From: an uncultured Gemmatimonadales bacterium | GTDB taxonomy: Bacteria > Gemmatimonadota > Gemmatimonadetes > Gemmatimonadales > GWC2-71-9 | Reading direction: 5' to 3' | NCBI GenBank assembly: GCA_963728915.1 | Contig: CAVSLV010000003.1 | Location: 192,370 to 256,369 of the forward strand | DNA: 64,000 nucleotides | Shown here: one piece after another, positions 9,929 through 20,659 of the stretch | Numbering within the stretch: position 1 is the stretch's first letter | How the letters are laid out: every line of letters begins with the position of its first letter | Notes under the pieces: generated by a model | The model's input: only the letters and a program-made list of their open reading frames with translations | Told to the model about the DNA's origin: nothing | Databases searched by the model: none | Position numbers and translations under genes: made by a program

Positions 9929-11776
9929 CTAGCTGACGACGGCTCCCCGGAGGATTCCGTCCCGGATCTGCGCCGCTTTGGGTCCGGCCTTCGGGTCAAA
10001 GTCCAGCGCACTGTTGATCACCGGCTCGAGCCGGACGGCGGCGTTCACGGTTCGTTCTTCCCCGTTTCGTTGAATCACGATCGGGATGACCGTTCCCGGG
10101 GCGTCGCCATAGCGCTGGCGGAACAGATTCCCCCAGTCGTTCCCCGCGATCGCGACGTCCCCGACCCGCACCAGCACGTCTCCCGGCTCCAGTCCGGCCT
10201 GTGCCGCCGCTGATCCGGGGGTGATTTCCGTCACGATCACCTTGGTGCTGTCGCTCAGCGTGCTGACACCGAGCCGGGGTACCATCACCGTATCGATCTG
10301 ATAGGCGAGACCGGCCAGGGGCGCGTCCGCCTTCCAGGGCAGGGTGGCCCGGCCATCCACGTACCGTGCGGCGAAATCGGTGAAGGACTTCCCGCCCGCC
10401 TCCAGGCTCGCGGCGGCCCAGAAATCGGCGGGGGTGAACCCGCGGCCCCGTTTGTAGGCGGTCTGATAGAGTGATCGCATCACGTCGTCCAGACCGTGGC
10501 GGTTGTTGGTGGCGTTCCGGATTTCGATGTCGAGCAGCAGCCCGACCAGCGAGCCCTTGTCGTAGTAGATGTACTCGGTCCCGTCGAGGGGATGCACCCA
10601 GGTGCTGAGCGACGCGTCATTCAGGGAGATGGCGGGACGGTCGATCACGTTCTGGATCTTGCCCTCGGTCACCGCGAGGAACGTGGTCGAGTCGATGACC
10701 CCGCCCCGCACCAGGACCAGGTCGGCGTAATAGTCGGTAATGCCTTCGCTCACCCAGAGGAGCGGGGTAGGCTGGGGCCGGTCGTACCGGTACGGCACCA
10801 TGTCGGCGGGCCGGAGCCGCTTCACGTTCCAGGCGTGGATCATTTCGTGAGCGGTGATCGACGCGAGCACCGGCGTCCCGATGAAGTTCGGGTTGTAGAT
10901 CCCGACGTGCGAGTTGCGGTGCTCCAGGGCCGACCCGCCGCCCATCGCCGAATCGAAGATGATCATGGTGGAGTAGTCGGTGTACGGCACTTCGCCGAAC
11001 ACCTTCGACATCTCCGGCACGAATCCCTTCATCTGGCCCCAGAGGAGCTGCCGGCCCGCTCCGGTAAAGCTGCCCGCGGGATAGCTCGCCAGGCGCTGCC
11101 AGGCGCCATCGATCCGGGCGCTGTCGAGATCGAACCGCCCGATGAAAAAGGGCGAATCCACCAGGTCGTGATAGGTCCCGGCGCGATAGCGGGGCGCGCC
11201 GCCGGCCCCGCTGTCCAGGGCGAGCCCGGTGACCACCCGCCAGCCGGGCGCGGTGTGGACCTCGACCCGGGAGGGATAGGTCAGGTTGCTGCCCTCGGGG
11301 TAGAGGAACACGTTGGTCCCGTTGACCAGCGCGAAGTCCCGCCGGGACCAGTCCATCGCGTTGTCGAGCGTATCGGCGAGGACGGTGAAGGCGACCTGCA
11401 CGGTGCCGGCCGCCCCCGGCCTAACCCGCCAGGTGTCGAAGTCGGTCTTTTCCCAGTCGACCGGATGCCCTCCCATCGTGACCGAGAAGTCCTCCACCCG
11501 GCGCACGAAGTTGCTGATCTCGTAGGAACCCGGGGTCCAGGCCGGGAGCGAGAGCGCGAGCGGAGCCGCGCCCGCCACGTCGAAGCGCATCCCCACTTTC
11601 ACGGTCCGGGTCGCAGCGGTGGACGAATCGAAGGTCAGGTCATAGCGGATATTGGCGGGGATGGCCTGGGACGCGGCGGCCCCGGGCTGCGCCCCCGGCG
11701 CGGCCTCCTGGCCGAGGGCCGGATGGGCCGCCGCGAGGAAGACATACAGCAGGGTCACGCGCACCAGCATCTTCAT
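9929..11776 (-). CDS. M61 glycyl aminopeptidase with PDZ domain, exported
   Basis: LPAWTPGSY, ALEH, HEMIHAWNVKR, LWVSEGITDYY, YYDKG. Confidence 0.92.
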   Translation of the reverse strand: MKMLVRVTLLYVFLAAAHPALGQEAAPGAQPGAAASQAIPANIRYDLTFDSSTAATRTVKVGMRFDVAGAAPLALSLPAWTPGSYEISNFVRRVEDFSVTMGGHPVDWEKTDFDTWRVRPGAAGTVQVAFTVLADTLDNAMDWSRRDFALVNGTNVFLYPEGSNLTYPSRVEVHTAPGWRVVTGLALDSGAGGAPRYRAGTYHDLVDSPFFIGRFDLDSARIDGAWQRLASYPAGSFTGAGRQLLWGQMKGFVPEMSKVFGEVPYTDYSTMIIFDSAMGGGSALEHRNSHVGIYNPNFIGTPVLASITAHEMIHAWNVKRLRPADMVPYRYDRPQPTPLLWVSEGITDYYADLVLVRGGVIDSTTFLAVTEGKIQNVIDRPAISLNDASLSTWVHPLDGTEYIYYDKGSLVGLLLDIEIRNATNNRHGLDDVMRSLYQTAYKRGRGFTPADFWAAASLEAGGKSFTDFAARYVDGRATLPWKADAPLAGLAYQIDTVMVPRLGVSTLSDSTKVIVTEITPGSAAAQAGLEPGDVLVRVGDVAIAGNDWGNLFRQRYGDAPGTVIPIVIQRNGEERTVNAAVRLEPVINSALDFDPKAGPKAAQIRDGILRGAVVS

Positions 11777-12558
11777 CAGGATACCGCCCGCTTCTGAAAC
11801 GTTCGGAGACCCAACAACAGGAAAATCCCGCTGATCACCACCAGCGCGATCGCCACGACACCCAGCGGCATGTGCGGGAGACCGGGGGTCAATACGCCCC
11901 TCATGCCTTCGGAGACGTACACCAGCGGGTTCACCAGCACCGCAATCTGGAGCGGCCGGGCCACCCGCAGCGCCTGCCAGGGATAGTAGGCGCAGCCGAA
12001 AAAGATCATCGGCGCGACGATGAGCCCGAACATGAGCCCGATCTGCTCGCCCCGGATCCCCGAGCCCAGCAGCAGGCCGAATCCCGAGAACGCGATCGCT
12101 CCGAGCAGGGTCATGGCGAAGACCACCGCCAGGTGCGTCGCGTTGAGGCCCTCGATCGGTCCCATGATGAGGCGAGCCACCGGCAGCACGAAGAGCGCGG
12201 CGATGAGTCCCTGCACCACGCCCGCGGTCACCTTCTCCAGCGCCACCACCCAGATCGGCACCGGGGCGAGCAGGCGGTCCTCGATCTCGCGGGTCCAGCC
12301 GAAGTCGGCCACCATCGGCAGCGCCACGGCCTGGACGCTGGCGAAGGCCAGGCTGATGCCGAGGATCCCCGGCAGGAGCGCCCCCGCATAGCCGCGCTGC
12401 ACGAAGCCCATCCGGGGCAGCAGGTAGCCGAACACGATCACGAACATGATCGGGTTCAAGGTGGAGCGGAGCAGAAACGACGGCAGCTCCCGGGAGATGA
12501 CGTGGGCGTCCCGCCGGATCAGCGCGCCGAACACCTTCCAGGGTGAGGGATGACTCAC
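11776..12558 (-). CDS. ABC-2 type transporter permease
   Basis: Several TM segments, REIEDRLLAP, NPLVYVSEGMR. Confidence 0.9.
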   Translation of the reverse strand: MSHPSPWKVFGALIRRDAHVISRELPSFLLRSTLNPIMFVIVFGYLLPRMGFVQRGYAGALLPGILGISLAFASVQAVALPMVADFGWTREIEDRLLAPVPIWVVALEKVTAGVVQGLIAALFVLPVARLIMGPIEGLNATHLAVVFAMTLLGAIAFSGFGLLLGSGIRGEQIGLMFGLIVAPMIFFGCAYYPWQALRVARPLQIAVLVNPLVYVSEGMRGVLTPGLPHMPLGVVAIALVVISGIFLLLGLRTFQKRAVS

Positions 12559-13571
12559 TCGAGCTTCCTCCCGGTGAGCGACACGAACAGGGTTTCCAGG
12601 CTGGGCGGGGTGAGCCGGATATCGAGTGGCGCCAGCCCCGCGACTTCCGCGGCGCGCAGCAATGCGGGGATGCTCTCGGCGACCCGGTCCGCATGGGCCC
12701 GGAGTGTGGCCTGGCTCACGCTGATCCGACTCAGCCCGGGAAGCCCCTCCATGGGCCCGACCAGTGGCTCCGCCGGGGCGTCGAAGGTGACTTCAAGCAA
12801 GGTCCCCCCGGGCGCCAGCCGGCGGAGGCCGCTCGGGGTATCGAGGGCGAGCAGCTTGCCGCGATCCACGATCGCCAGCCGCTCGCAGAGCCGGTCGGCC
12901 TCCTCCATGTAATGGGTGGTCATCACGATGGTGCGTCCCTGGCTGTGCAGGGAGCGGAGGACCTCCCAGAGCCCGAGCCGCGCCTGGGGATCCAGTCCCA
13001 CGGTGGGTTCGTCGAGAAACAGGATCTCGGGCTCGTGGATCAGGGCCCGCGCGATCATGAGCCGCTGCTGCTGGCCCCCGGAGAGCTGGTCCACCTTGGC
13101 CTCGGCCCGGTCCCCGATGCCCATTTGCTCGAGCAGCTGGCGGGCCCGGGGCAGCGAGATCACCCGGGCAATGCCGAAATAGGCCGCGTGAAACAGCAGG
13201 TTCTGGATGACGGTGAGCTGGCGGTCCGGGTTAGGGCGCTGGGGAACTACCCCGATCCGCTGCTTCACCCCGACCGGATTGGCCACCACGTCGATGCCCG
13301 CGACCGCCGCGCTGCCGCCGGTGGGCCGCACCCGGGTGGTGAGGATCCCGATGGTGGTCGTCTTGCCGGCGCCGTTGGGTCCGAGCAGCCCGAAGAATTC
13401 CCCGGCCCGGATTTCCAGGTCGAGGCCGTCGAGCGCCAGGATTTCGCGGCCGCCGCCGGGACCAGCCGGAGCGCCGGGGGGACCCAGCGGCACCCCACCC
13501 ATGCTCCGGGGCCGGGCGGTCGGGGCGGGATAGACCTTGCGAAGAGCGCGGGTTTGGATCGCGGGAGGCAC
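12555..13571 (-). CDS. ABC transporter ATP-binding protein (DrrA-like); start uncertain
   Basis: GPNGAGKTT, LSGGQ, LFLDEPT, TTHYMEEA. Confidence 0.92.
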   Translation of the reverse strand: MPPAIQTRALRKVYPAPTARPRSMGGVPLGPPGAPAGPGGGREILALDGLDLEIRAGEFFGLLGPNGAGKTTTIGILTTRVRPTGGSAAVAGIDVVANPVGVKQRIGVVPQRPNPDRQLTVIQNLLFHAAYFGIARVISLPRARQLLEQMGIGDRAEAKVDQLSGGQQQRLMIARALIHEPEILFLDEPTVGLDPQARLGLWEVLRSLHSQGRTIVMTTHYMEEADRLCERLAIVDRGKLLALDTPSGLRRLAPGGTLLEVTFDAPAEPLVGPMEGLPGLSRISVSQATLRAHADRVAESIPALLRAAEVAGLAPLDIRLTPPSLETLFVSLTGRKLE

Positions 13572-13632
13572 GGGAGGAAAGTAAACGGGGTGGCGGACGC
13601 CGTTTATTCTTTGGGTGATGGAAGAGCCACCC

Positions 13633-14874
13633 ATGACGAGCCGGCGGGAATGGATCGCCCAGGCGAGCAGTGTGCTGGCCTTCTCCGGGCTCGAGATGCC
13701 CCGGGCAGCACCGGAAACCGGGGCACCGGCGTCGGTGCGCGACGACTTTCCCATCACCCGGCGTCTGGTCTACCTGAACAACGCCTCGGTCCACCCGATG
13801 AGCACATCCACCCGTCGGGCGGTCCAGGATTATTTCGACAGCCGCAACCGGGGAGAGCCGGGCGGGGGCACCCCCGATGTGCCGGTGGACGTGCCTCGCA
13901 TCAAGTCCCTCTATGCCGGGTTGATCGGCGCGCAGGCCTCGGACATCGCGCTGGTCCCCAGCACCACCGCGGGGGAGAACCTGGTGGTTACAGGCCTCGG
14001 CATCCCCCGATCGGGCGGCAACGTGGTCACGGACGCGCTGCACTTCGAGGGCTCTCACTACATGTATCAGAGCCTCAAGCAGCAGGGCCTCGACGTCCGC
14101 GTGGTCCCGGCCCGTGACGGCGCGATCGATCTCCAGGACATGGAGCGGATGGTCGACCGTAACACGAAGCTGGTCGCGGTGTCGTTCGTTTCATGGGCGA
14201 ATGGTTTTACCCACGATCTCGCGAAGGTGAGCGCCCTGGCGCACGCCAGCGGCGCCCTGGTCTACGCCGACCTGATCCAGGGGGTCGGGAACCGCCCGCT
14301 CGATGTGGTGGCCGCCGGGGTCGATTTCGCGGCGAGCGCCAGCTACAAATGGCTCATGGGCGACTTCGGGGTGGCGTTCCTCTATGCGCGGCAGGAGCAT
14401 CTGGGCCGGGCCTTCCACCGAGTCCAGTATGGCTTCCGCCAGATCGAGAACGAAGAGACCCACATCCTCCCTGGCGATCCTCCTGCCGAGGCGCCCCTCA
14501 CCTGGACCGAGCGTCCCGGCGCCGGGGCCTGGTTCGAGGTCGGAACCTGGGCCACTCCGGTGCTGGCAGCCCTGAGCAACTCGCTCGTGTTTCTGCACGG
14601 CTACGGCGTTTCCCGAATCCACGAACACAACCGGACGCTGGCACTGCGGGTGCAACGCGAACTGCCGCGGCACGGGTACACGCCGCTGACGCCCGATAGT
14701 TCCATCGGCTCCATCGTGAGCTTTGTGCCCGGGGACATGCAGGACACTGTCCGGCGGCTCGAGCGGGCCCGGGTCAGCGTGGGCCTGAACCCGCACCGGA
14801 TCCGGATTTCGCCTTCCATCTATAACAACGATGAGGACATAGACGCACTCCTCTCCGCGTTGACCTCCTCTTGA
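13633..14874 (+). CDS. Class V aminotransferase / cysteine desulfurase-like, possible Tat signal
   Basis: SRREWI leader, YLNNAS, DLIQG, SYKW (PLP Lys). Confidence 0.88.
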   Translation: MTSRREWIAQASSVLAFSGLEMPRAAPETGAPASVRDDFPITRRLVYLNNASVHPMSTSTRRAVQDYFDSRNRGEPGGGTPDVPVDVPRIKSLYAGLIGAQASDIALVPSTTAGENLVVTGLGIPRSGGNVVTDALHFEGSHYMYQSLKQQGLDVRVVPARDGAIDLQDMERMVDRNTKLVAVSFVSWANGFTHDLAKVSALAHASGALVYADLIQGVGNRPLDVVAAGVDFAASASYKWLMGDFGVAFLYARQEHLGRAFHRVQYGFRQIENEETHILPGDPPAEAPLTWTERPGAGAWFEVGTWATPVLAALSNSLVFLHGYGVSRIHEHNRTLALRVQRELPRHGYTPLTPDSSIGSIVSFVPGDMQDTVRRLERARVSVGLNPHRIRISPSIYNNDEDIDALLSALTSS

Positions 14875-14935
14875 TACGATTTTGACGGGGCGGGGGCCGG
14901 TTCGTACCCCGCCTTGACGCGCGTCGCAGTACTCT
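14870..14935 (+). promoter_or_regulatory. Candidate KdpE-binding direct repeats and -10 element of the kdp operon
   Basis: TTGAT (14871) and TTGAC (14882) are 11 bp apart, third TTGAC at 14914, TACTCT at 14930-14935 just before the first ATG. Confidence 0.45.
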
Positions 14936-14942
14936 CCCAACC

Positions 14943-15056
14943 ATGACCGACTTCCTCTACATCGCCGGCACGATCGGCTTCTTCGCGCTGATGGTGCTCT
15001 ACGTCCGGGCCCTGGACTCGCTGGGGCGGCGCCAACCCCCGGGAGGCGAGCGATGA
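14943..15056 (+). CDS. 37-aa single-TM peptide leading the kdp operon
   Basis: MTDFLYIAGTIGFFALMVLYVRALDSLGRRQPPGGER*; stop overlaps the kdpF ATG (ATGA). Confidence 0.75.
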   Translation: MTDFLYIAGTIGFFALMVLYVRALDSLGRRQPPGGER

Positions 15057-15142
15057 GTGCCCTCTCCGTGATCGGCCTCGTGCTCTCCGTCCTCCTCACC
15101 GGCTACCTCGTCTACGTGATGATCCGCCCGGAGCGCTTCTGA
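15053..15142 (+). CDS. kdpF: K+-transporting ATPase subunit F
   Basis: MSALSVIGLVLSVLLTGYLVYVMIRPERF*: 29 aa with the YL..xPExF signature, directly before kdpA. Confidence 0.92.
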   Translation: MSALSVIGLVLSVLLTGYLVYVMIRPERF

Positions 15143-15143
15143 G

Positions 15144-16868
15144 ATGACCGCGAACGGCTGGGCTCAGATCGCCCTATACTGTCTGGCGCTCCTCCTGGTG
15201 ACGAAACCGCTGGGCTGGTACATGATGAAAGTGTACGACGGCTCGCTGCGGTGGATGGGCTGGCTCGAGCGACCACTATATCGCCTGGCCGGCGTTGATC
15301 CCGCCGAGGATCAGCACTGGACCCGGTACGCCGTATCGATGCTGCTCTTCAGCGTGTTCGGCATGCTGCTGAGCTACGGGGTGTTCCGGCTGCAGGCCGT
15401 CCTGCCCTGGAATCCGGCGCATCTGCCCGCCGTTTCGGACCACCAGGCCTTCGAAACCGCCGCATCCTTCACTACCAACACCAACTGGCAGTCCTATGGG
15501 GGAGAGACGACGATGTCGTACTTCTCCCAGATGACCCAGCTCACCTTCCACAACTTCGTGTCCGCCGCGGTGGGCATGGCACTGGTGATCGGGTTGATTC
15601 GCGGCATCGCGCGGCACGGGGCCGAAGCGAAGGGCCGGATCGGGAATTTCTGGGCCGACATGGTCCGGAGCACGCTCTACATCCTGCTGCCCCTCTCGAT
15701 CGTGATGGCGCTGATCCTGGTCTCCCAGGGCGTGATCCAGAACTTCAAGCCCTACCTCGATCTTACCACGCTCGAGGGCGCCAAGCAGACCCTCGCGATG
15801 GGCCCGGCGGCGAGCCAGATCGCCATCAAGCAGCTCGGCTCCAATGGCGGCGGCTTTTTCAACGTGAATTCGGCCCACCCCTTCGAGAACGCCACGCCGC
15901 TTTCCAACTGGTTGGAGATGTTCGCGCTTCTCGCGCTGGCCTCCGGTCTGGTGTGGACCTTCGGGAACATGGTGAAGAACCGGCGGCATGGCTGGGCGGT
16001 GTGGGCTACGATGTTCACCCTGTTCGTCGCAGGGGTCACGACCTCCTACTGGCAGGAAGGCAAAGGCAATCCGATTCACGCCGAGCGCGGAGTGGATGTC
16101 ACACCGAGCGCGACGAACCCCGGCGGGAACATGGAAGGCAAGGAGGTGCGGTTCGGCCACGCCAATTCCGCCCTCTGGGCCACCGCGACGACCGACGCTT
16201 CCAACGGCTCGGTCAATTCGATGCACGACTCCTATACTCCGCTGGCCGGGATGGTGCCGCTGGTCAACATCCAGCTGGGCGAAGTGATCTTCGGCGGCGT
16301 GGGCGCGGGGCTCTACGGCATGCTCGTGATGGTGATCCTGGCGATCTTCATCGCCGGGTTAATGGTGGGGAGGACCCCGGAGTACCTCGGGAAACGGATC
16401 CAGGCCCGGGAAGTTCAGGTCGCCATTCTCTACGTGCTGATCTTCCCGCTGGTCATTCTCGGCTTCACCGCGCTCTCGGTGGTGGTGGGACCGGGACTCG
16501 CGGGGAGGAACAATGCCGGTCCTCATGGGCTCACCGAAATCCTCTATGCCTTTTCGTCGACGACCGGCAACAACGGGAGCGCTTTCGCGGGGCTGACGGG
16601 CTCGACCTACTACTACAACACTCTGCTCGGCCTGGCGACGCTGCTGGGCCGTTTCGCGATGATCGTTCCCATGGTGGCGCTGGGCGGGTTCCTCGCGGAG
16701 CGGAAGGTCGCGGCGACCACTGCCGGCACGTTCCCGGTCACCACGCCGCTCTTCGTGGTCCTGCTGCTCGGCGTCATCCTGATCGTGGGCGCGCTCACCT
16801 TCTTCCCGGTGCTTTCGCTCGGGCCCATCGTGGAGCACCTCGCGATGCACGCCGGGAGACTCTTCTAA
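15144..16868 (+). CDS. kdpA: K+-transporting ATPase subunit A
   Basis: [34 protein letters not shown]. Confidence 0.97.
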   Translation: MTANGWAQIALYCLALLLVTKPLGWYMMKVYDGSLRWMGWLERPLYRLAGVDPAEDQHWTRYAVSMLLFSVFGMLLSYGVFRLQAVLPWNPAHLPAVSDHQAFETAASFTTNTNWQSYGGETTMSYFSQMTQLTFHNFVSAAVGMALVIGLIRGIARHGAEAKGRIGNFWADMVRSTLYILLPLSIVMALILVSQGVIQNFKPYLDLTTLEGAKQTLAMGPAASQIAIKQLGSNGGGFFNVNSAHPFENATPLSNWLEMFALLALASGLVWTFGNMVKNRRHGWAVWATMFTLFVAGVTTSYWQEGKGNPIHAERGVDVTPSATNPGGNMEGKEVRFGHANSALWATATTDASNGSVNSMHDSYTPLAGMVPLVNIQLGEVIFGGVGAGLYGMLVMVILAIFIAGLMVGRTPEYLGKRIQAREVQVAILYVLIFPLVILGFTALSVVVGPGLAGRNNAGPHGLTEILYAFSSTTGNNGSAFAGLTGSTYYYNTLLGLATLLGRFAMIVPMVALGGFLAERKVAATTAGTFPVTTPLFVVLLLGVILIVGALTFFPVLSLGPIVEHLAMHAGRLF

Positions 16869-16869
16869 C

Positions 16870-18939
16870 ATGGCCGCCGTCAAACATCCCCTGTTCTACG
16901 GCCCGATCGTGCGCCGGGCCATCCGCGACGCGGTCGCCAAGCTCGACCCGCGTCACATGATGCGGAACCCGGTGATGTTCGTGGTGCTGGTCGGCGCCGC
17001 GATCACCACCCTGGTGCTGGCCGGAGACATCGCCGGCGGCCGGGGTAACCTCGGGTTCACCCTCCAGATTACGCTCTGGCTCTGGTTCACCGTCCTCTTT
17101 GCCAACTTTGCCGAGGCGATGGCGGAGGGGCGTGGCAAGGCGCAGGCGGACGCCTTGCGAGCGGCGCGGCTCACCACTCGCGCCAAGCGGCTGGCCCGAC
17201 CGGATGATCACCTCGAATTCACCATGGTGGCCGCGACCGAGCTCAAGAGCGGCCAGTATGTGCTGATCACCGCCGGCGAGCTGATCCCGGCCGACGGTGA
17301 AGTCGTCGAGGGCGTCGCGTCGGTGGACGAATCGGCCATTACGGGCGAGTCGGCCCCGGTGATCCGGGAATCGGGCGGCGACCGTTCCGCGGTAACCGGC
17401 GGCACCAAAGTGCTCTCGGACTGGATCGTCATGCGGGTGACCTCGGAACCCGGTTCCACCTTTGTGGACCGGATGATCGCGCTGGTGGAAGGCGCGGTGC
17501 GGCAGAAGACTCCCAACGAGATCGCGCTGACCATTCTGCTCGCCGGGTTGACCATCATCTTCCTGGCTGCGGTGGTCACCCTCAAGCCCTTCGCGATCTA
17601 CAGCGGGGGCGACGCCACGGTCCCGGTGCTGGTGGCGCTCCTGGTCTGCCTCATCCCCACCACGATCGGTGGCCTCCTTTCCGCGATCGGCATCGCGGGC
17701 ATGGACCGGCTGGTGCAGCACAACGTCATCGCGGTGAGCGGCCGGGCGGTCGAAGCGGCGGGAGACGTGGACACCCTGCTGCTCGACAAGACCGGCACCA
17801 TCACGCTGGGCAACCGGCAGGCGGTGGAATTCCTGCCGGTCGGCGGGGCCAGCCTCGAGGAGCTGGCCGACCGGGCCCAGCTCTCCTCGCTGCCCGACGA
17901 GACTCCCGAAGGGCGCAGCATCGTGGTGCTCGCCAAGAATCAGTTCGGGCTCCGGGCCCGCAGCACTGCGGGCGACGAGCATCACGCGGCGTTGACGTTC
18001 GTTCCCTTCTCCGCCGCGACGCGGATGAGCGGCGTCAACATCGGGCCCCGCCAGATCCGGAAAGGGGCCGCCGACGCGGTGGCCCGATGGGTTCGTGAAT
18101 CGGGAGCCGACTGGCCCCAGGATATCGAATTGAAGGTGGAGGGCATCGCGCGGCAGGGCGGCACTCCATTGGTGGTGGCGGAGCGGGAGAACGGGCGCTC
18201 CCGGGTGTACGGCGCGGTGCATCTCAAGGACATCGTCAAGGGCGGCATCAAGGAACGGTTCGATCACCTGCGGACGATGGGGATCCGCACCGTGATGATT
18301 ACGGGCGATAACCCGCTCACCGCGGCCGCGATCGCCGCCGAGGCGGGGGTGGACGATTTCCTGGCCCAGGCGACGCCGGAGCAGAAGCTCGAGCTGATCC
18401 GGAAGGAACAGGCGGGCGGACGGCTGGTCGCGATGACCGGTGACGGGACCAACGATGCGCCGGCCCTGGCCCAGGCGGACGTGGGAGTGGCGATGAACTC
18501 CGGCACCCAGGCCGCCCGGGAAGCCGGCAACATGGTGGATCTGGATTCGAACCCTACCAAGCTCATCGAAATCGTGGAGATCGGGAAGCAGCTCCTGATG
18601 ACCCGGGGCTCCCTCACCACCTTCTCGATCGCCAACGACGTGGCCAAGTACTTCGCCATCATCCCGGCGATGTTCCTGGCGACCTATCCCGAGCTGGGCG
18701 CGCTCAACATCATGAAGCTCAAGTCGCCCCAGTCGGCGATCCTGAGCGCGGTGGTGTTCAACGCGCTCATCATCATCGCCCTGATACCCCTGGCGCTCCG
18801 CGGGGTGCGCTACCGACCCGCTCCGGCGAGTGCGATTCTCCGGCGCAATCTGTTCGTGTACGGCTTCGGCGGAATCCTGGTGCCCTTCGCCGGCATCAAG
18901 CTGATCGATCTCGTTCTCAACGCTATCGGGCTGGTCTAA
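16870..18939 (+). CDS. kdpB: K+-transporting ATPase subunit B
   Basis: [20 protein letters not shown]. Confidence 0.97.
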   Translation: MAAVKHPLFYGPIVRRAIRDAVAKLDPRHMMRNPVMFVVLVGAAITTLVLAGDIAGGRGNLGFTLQITLWLWFTVLFANFAEAMAEGRGKAQADALRAARLTTRAKRLARPDDHLEFTMVAATELKSGQYVLITAGELIPADGEVVEGVASVDESAITGESAPVIRESGGDRSAVTGGTKVLSDWIVMRVTSEPGSTFVDRMIALVEGAVRQKTPNEIALTILLAGLTIIFLAAVVTLKPFAIYSGGDATVPVLVALLVCLIPTTIGGLLSAIGIAGMDRLVQHNVIAVSGRAVEAAGDVDTLLLDKTGTITLGNRQAVEFLPVGGASLEELADRAQLSSLPDETPEGRSIVVLAKNQFGLRARSTAGDEHHAALTFVPFSAATRMSGVNIGPRQIRKGAADAVARWVRESGADWPQDIELKVEGIARQGGTPLVVAERENGRSRVYGAVHLKDIVKGGIKERFDHLRTMGIRTVMITGDNPLTAAAIAAEAGVDDFLAQATPEQKLELIRKEQAGGRLVAMTGDGTNDAPALAQADVGVAMNSGTQAAREAGNMVDLDSNPTKLIEIVEIGKQLLMTRGSLTTFSIANDVAKYFAIIPAMFLATYPELGALNIMKLKSPQSAILSAVVFNALIIIALIPLALRGVRYRPAPASAILRRNLFVYGFGGILVPFAGIKLIDLVLNAIGLV

Positions 18940-18941
18940 TC

Positions 18942-19520
18942 ATGACGCGCAATCTCTGGCGCCCCGCCATCGTCCTCACCCTGCTCCTCTGCCTGCTCAC
19001 CGGGTTCGCCTATCCGGGTCTGGTCACGGCGATCGCCCAGGTCGTGTTTCCCCGGCAGGCCAACGGCTCCCTGATCGAGCGAAACGGCCAGGTGGTGGGC
19101 AGCGAGCTGATCGGGCAGCCCTTCGCCGGCGCGCAATACTTCCATGGCCGCCCCTCGGCGACCGGCTACAACGCCGCGGCCTCGGCCGCGAGCAACAAGG
19201 GTCCGACCGACCTCAAGCTGGCCGACACGCTCATCGCGCAGGCGGTAGACAGTGAGATGAGACTCGACGGCGTGCCACGCGGCAAGGTGCCCGCGGACCT
19301 CGCGACCGGCTCGGGGTCGGGGCTCGACCCCCACCTCTCTCCGGCGGCCGCCCTGGTGCAGGTCGCGCGAGTGGCGCGGGCTCGCGGTCTCTCCGAGGAG
19401 CAGGTTCGCGGGCTGGTCGCCCGCCATACCGAGGGCCGCACCCTCGGCCTGCTCGGGGAACCCCGGGTCAACGTGCTGCTCTTGAATCTGGCGCTCGATA
19501 GCCTCGCGAAGGGTCGCTGA
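18942..19520 (+). CDS. kdpC: K+-transporting ATPase subunit C
   Basis: QANGSL, GSELIGQ, SGSGLDPH, VNVLLLNLALD. Confidence 0.97.
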   Translation: MTRNLWRPAIVLTLLLCLLTGFAYPGLVTAIAQVVFPRQANGSLIERNGQVVGSELIGQPFAGAQYFHGRPSATGYNAAASAASNKGPTDLKLADTLIAQAVDSEMRLDGVPRGKVPADLATGSGSGLDPHLSPAAALVQVARVARARGLSEEQVRGLVARHTEGRTLGLLGEPRVNVLLLNLALDSLAKGR

Positions 19521-19522
19521 CC

Positions 19523-20620
19523 ATGCGAATGTTCGTATTTCTCGCCGGCGGGATGCTGCTGACGGCACCACTATCAGCCCAGGATTCCACCGGGAACGGG
19601 GTCAGGATCTCGGGCTATGTGACGGCGTCGTATTTCTACGCCAGCCAGCCGGATGGGACCCGCATCACGGGCCGCCTGTACGACCGGTTCCATGACCAGG
19701 TGATCCTCAATGCCGCGCGGGTTACGTTCGCACGAATGCCGGCCGCGGACAAGCTGGATGCCGGATTCCAGGCGGACCTGCTGTTCGGGCAGAACGCACC
19801 CCAAATTCGGTCGGCCGGACTCTTGCTGGGCGACCACGCCGACCTGCCCCAGGCCTTCGTCAGTTTCAACGTGCCGATGCGCTCCGGAGGTTACCTCCGC
19901 TTCTCGGCCGGCAAGCGCTGGACCATGATGGACGTCGAGTACGTTGACGAGATCCTGAATCCCAATTTCTCGCATGGGTACGCGTACATCTACGCCAGCA
20001 ACTTCACCGACACCGGCGTGAGCCTCGACGCGCACTTCTCCGGCAAGGCGGAGCTGGGCCTGCGGGTGATCAACGGCTGGGATGTGGTGGAAGACAACAA
20101 CACCCGGAAGTCGTTCATGGGGCGACTGGCGCTCACCCCTTCCGATCGGGTCGGGCTGTCCTTCCTCGGCTATTTCGGCCCCGAACAGCAGAAAAATGGC
20201 AGCGATAACCGGTACGGCGGGCAGTTCGTCGGGACGTTCAAGCCGATCTCCAAGGCTACGGTCTATACCGAGCTCGACCTGGGGGCTGAGGAGGGCCTCG
20301 GGGCGAACGGCGGAAAGGCGACCTGGTGGACCGCGGGCCTCTGGGGCGTGCTCGATCTATCCCCAAAGGCGGCTCTTGCTCTGCGGGGCGAGTATTTCGG
20401 TGACAAAGACGGAGTGCGCACCTCCGGAGTCTTCGGCTTCCCGGTCGCCCCCAACCGGAAGCTGGCCAGCGGAACGGCGACCTTGAACCTGAAGACCTGG
20501 GATCATGCGCTGCTTCGGCCCGAGGTCCGGGTCGAGCACTCCAATCAGAGGGATTTCGGGGAGACGACCAGGAAGCAGAACCAGGTCACGGTCGGGCTCG
20601 CGGTATCGTTCATCTTCTGA
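19523..20620 (+). CDS. Putative outer-membrane beta-barrel porin inside the kdp operon
   Basis: Signal peptide, amphipathic beta strands, NGWD motif, C-terminal Phe. Confidence 0.8.
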   Translation: MRMFVFLAGGMLLTAPLSAQDSTGNGVRISGYVTASYFYASQPDGTRITGRLYDRFHDQVILNAARVTFARMPAADKLDAGFQADLLFGQNAPQIRSAGLLLGDHADLPQAFVSFNVPMRSGGYLRFSAGKRWTMMDVEYVDEILNPNFSHGYAYIYASNFTDTGVSLDAHFSGKAELGLRVINGWDVVEDNNTRKSFMGRLALTPSDRVGLSFLGYFGPEQQKNGSDNRYGGQFVGTFKPISKATVYTELDLGAEEGLGANGGKATWWTAGLWGVLDLSPKAALALRGEYFGDKDGVRTSGVFGFPVAPNRKLASGTATLNLKTWDHALLRPEVRVEHSNQRDFGETTRKQNQVTVGLAVSFIF

Positions 20621-20659
20621 CATTTCGAGTTAGCTTCCCCGGATCCTCGCCCCGATCCC

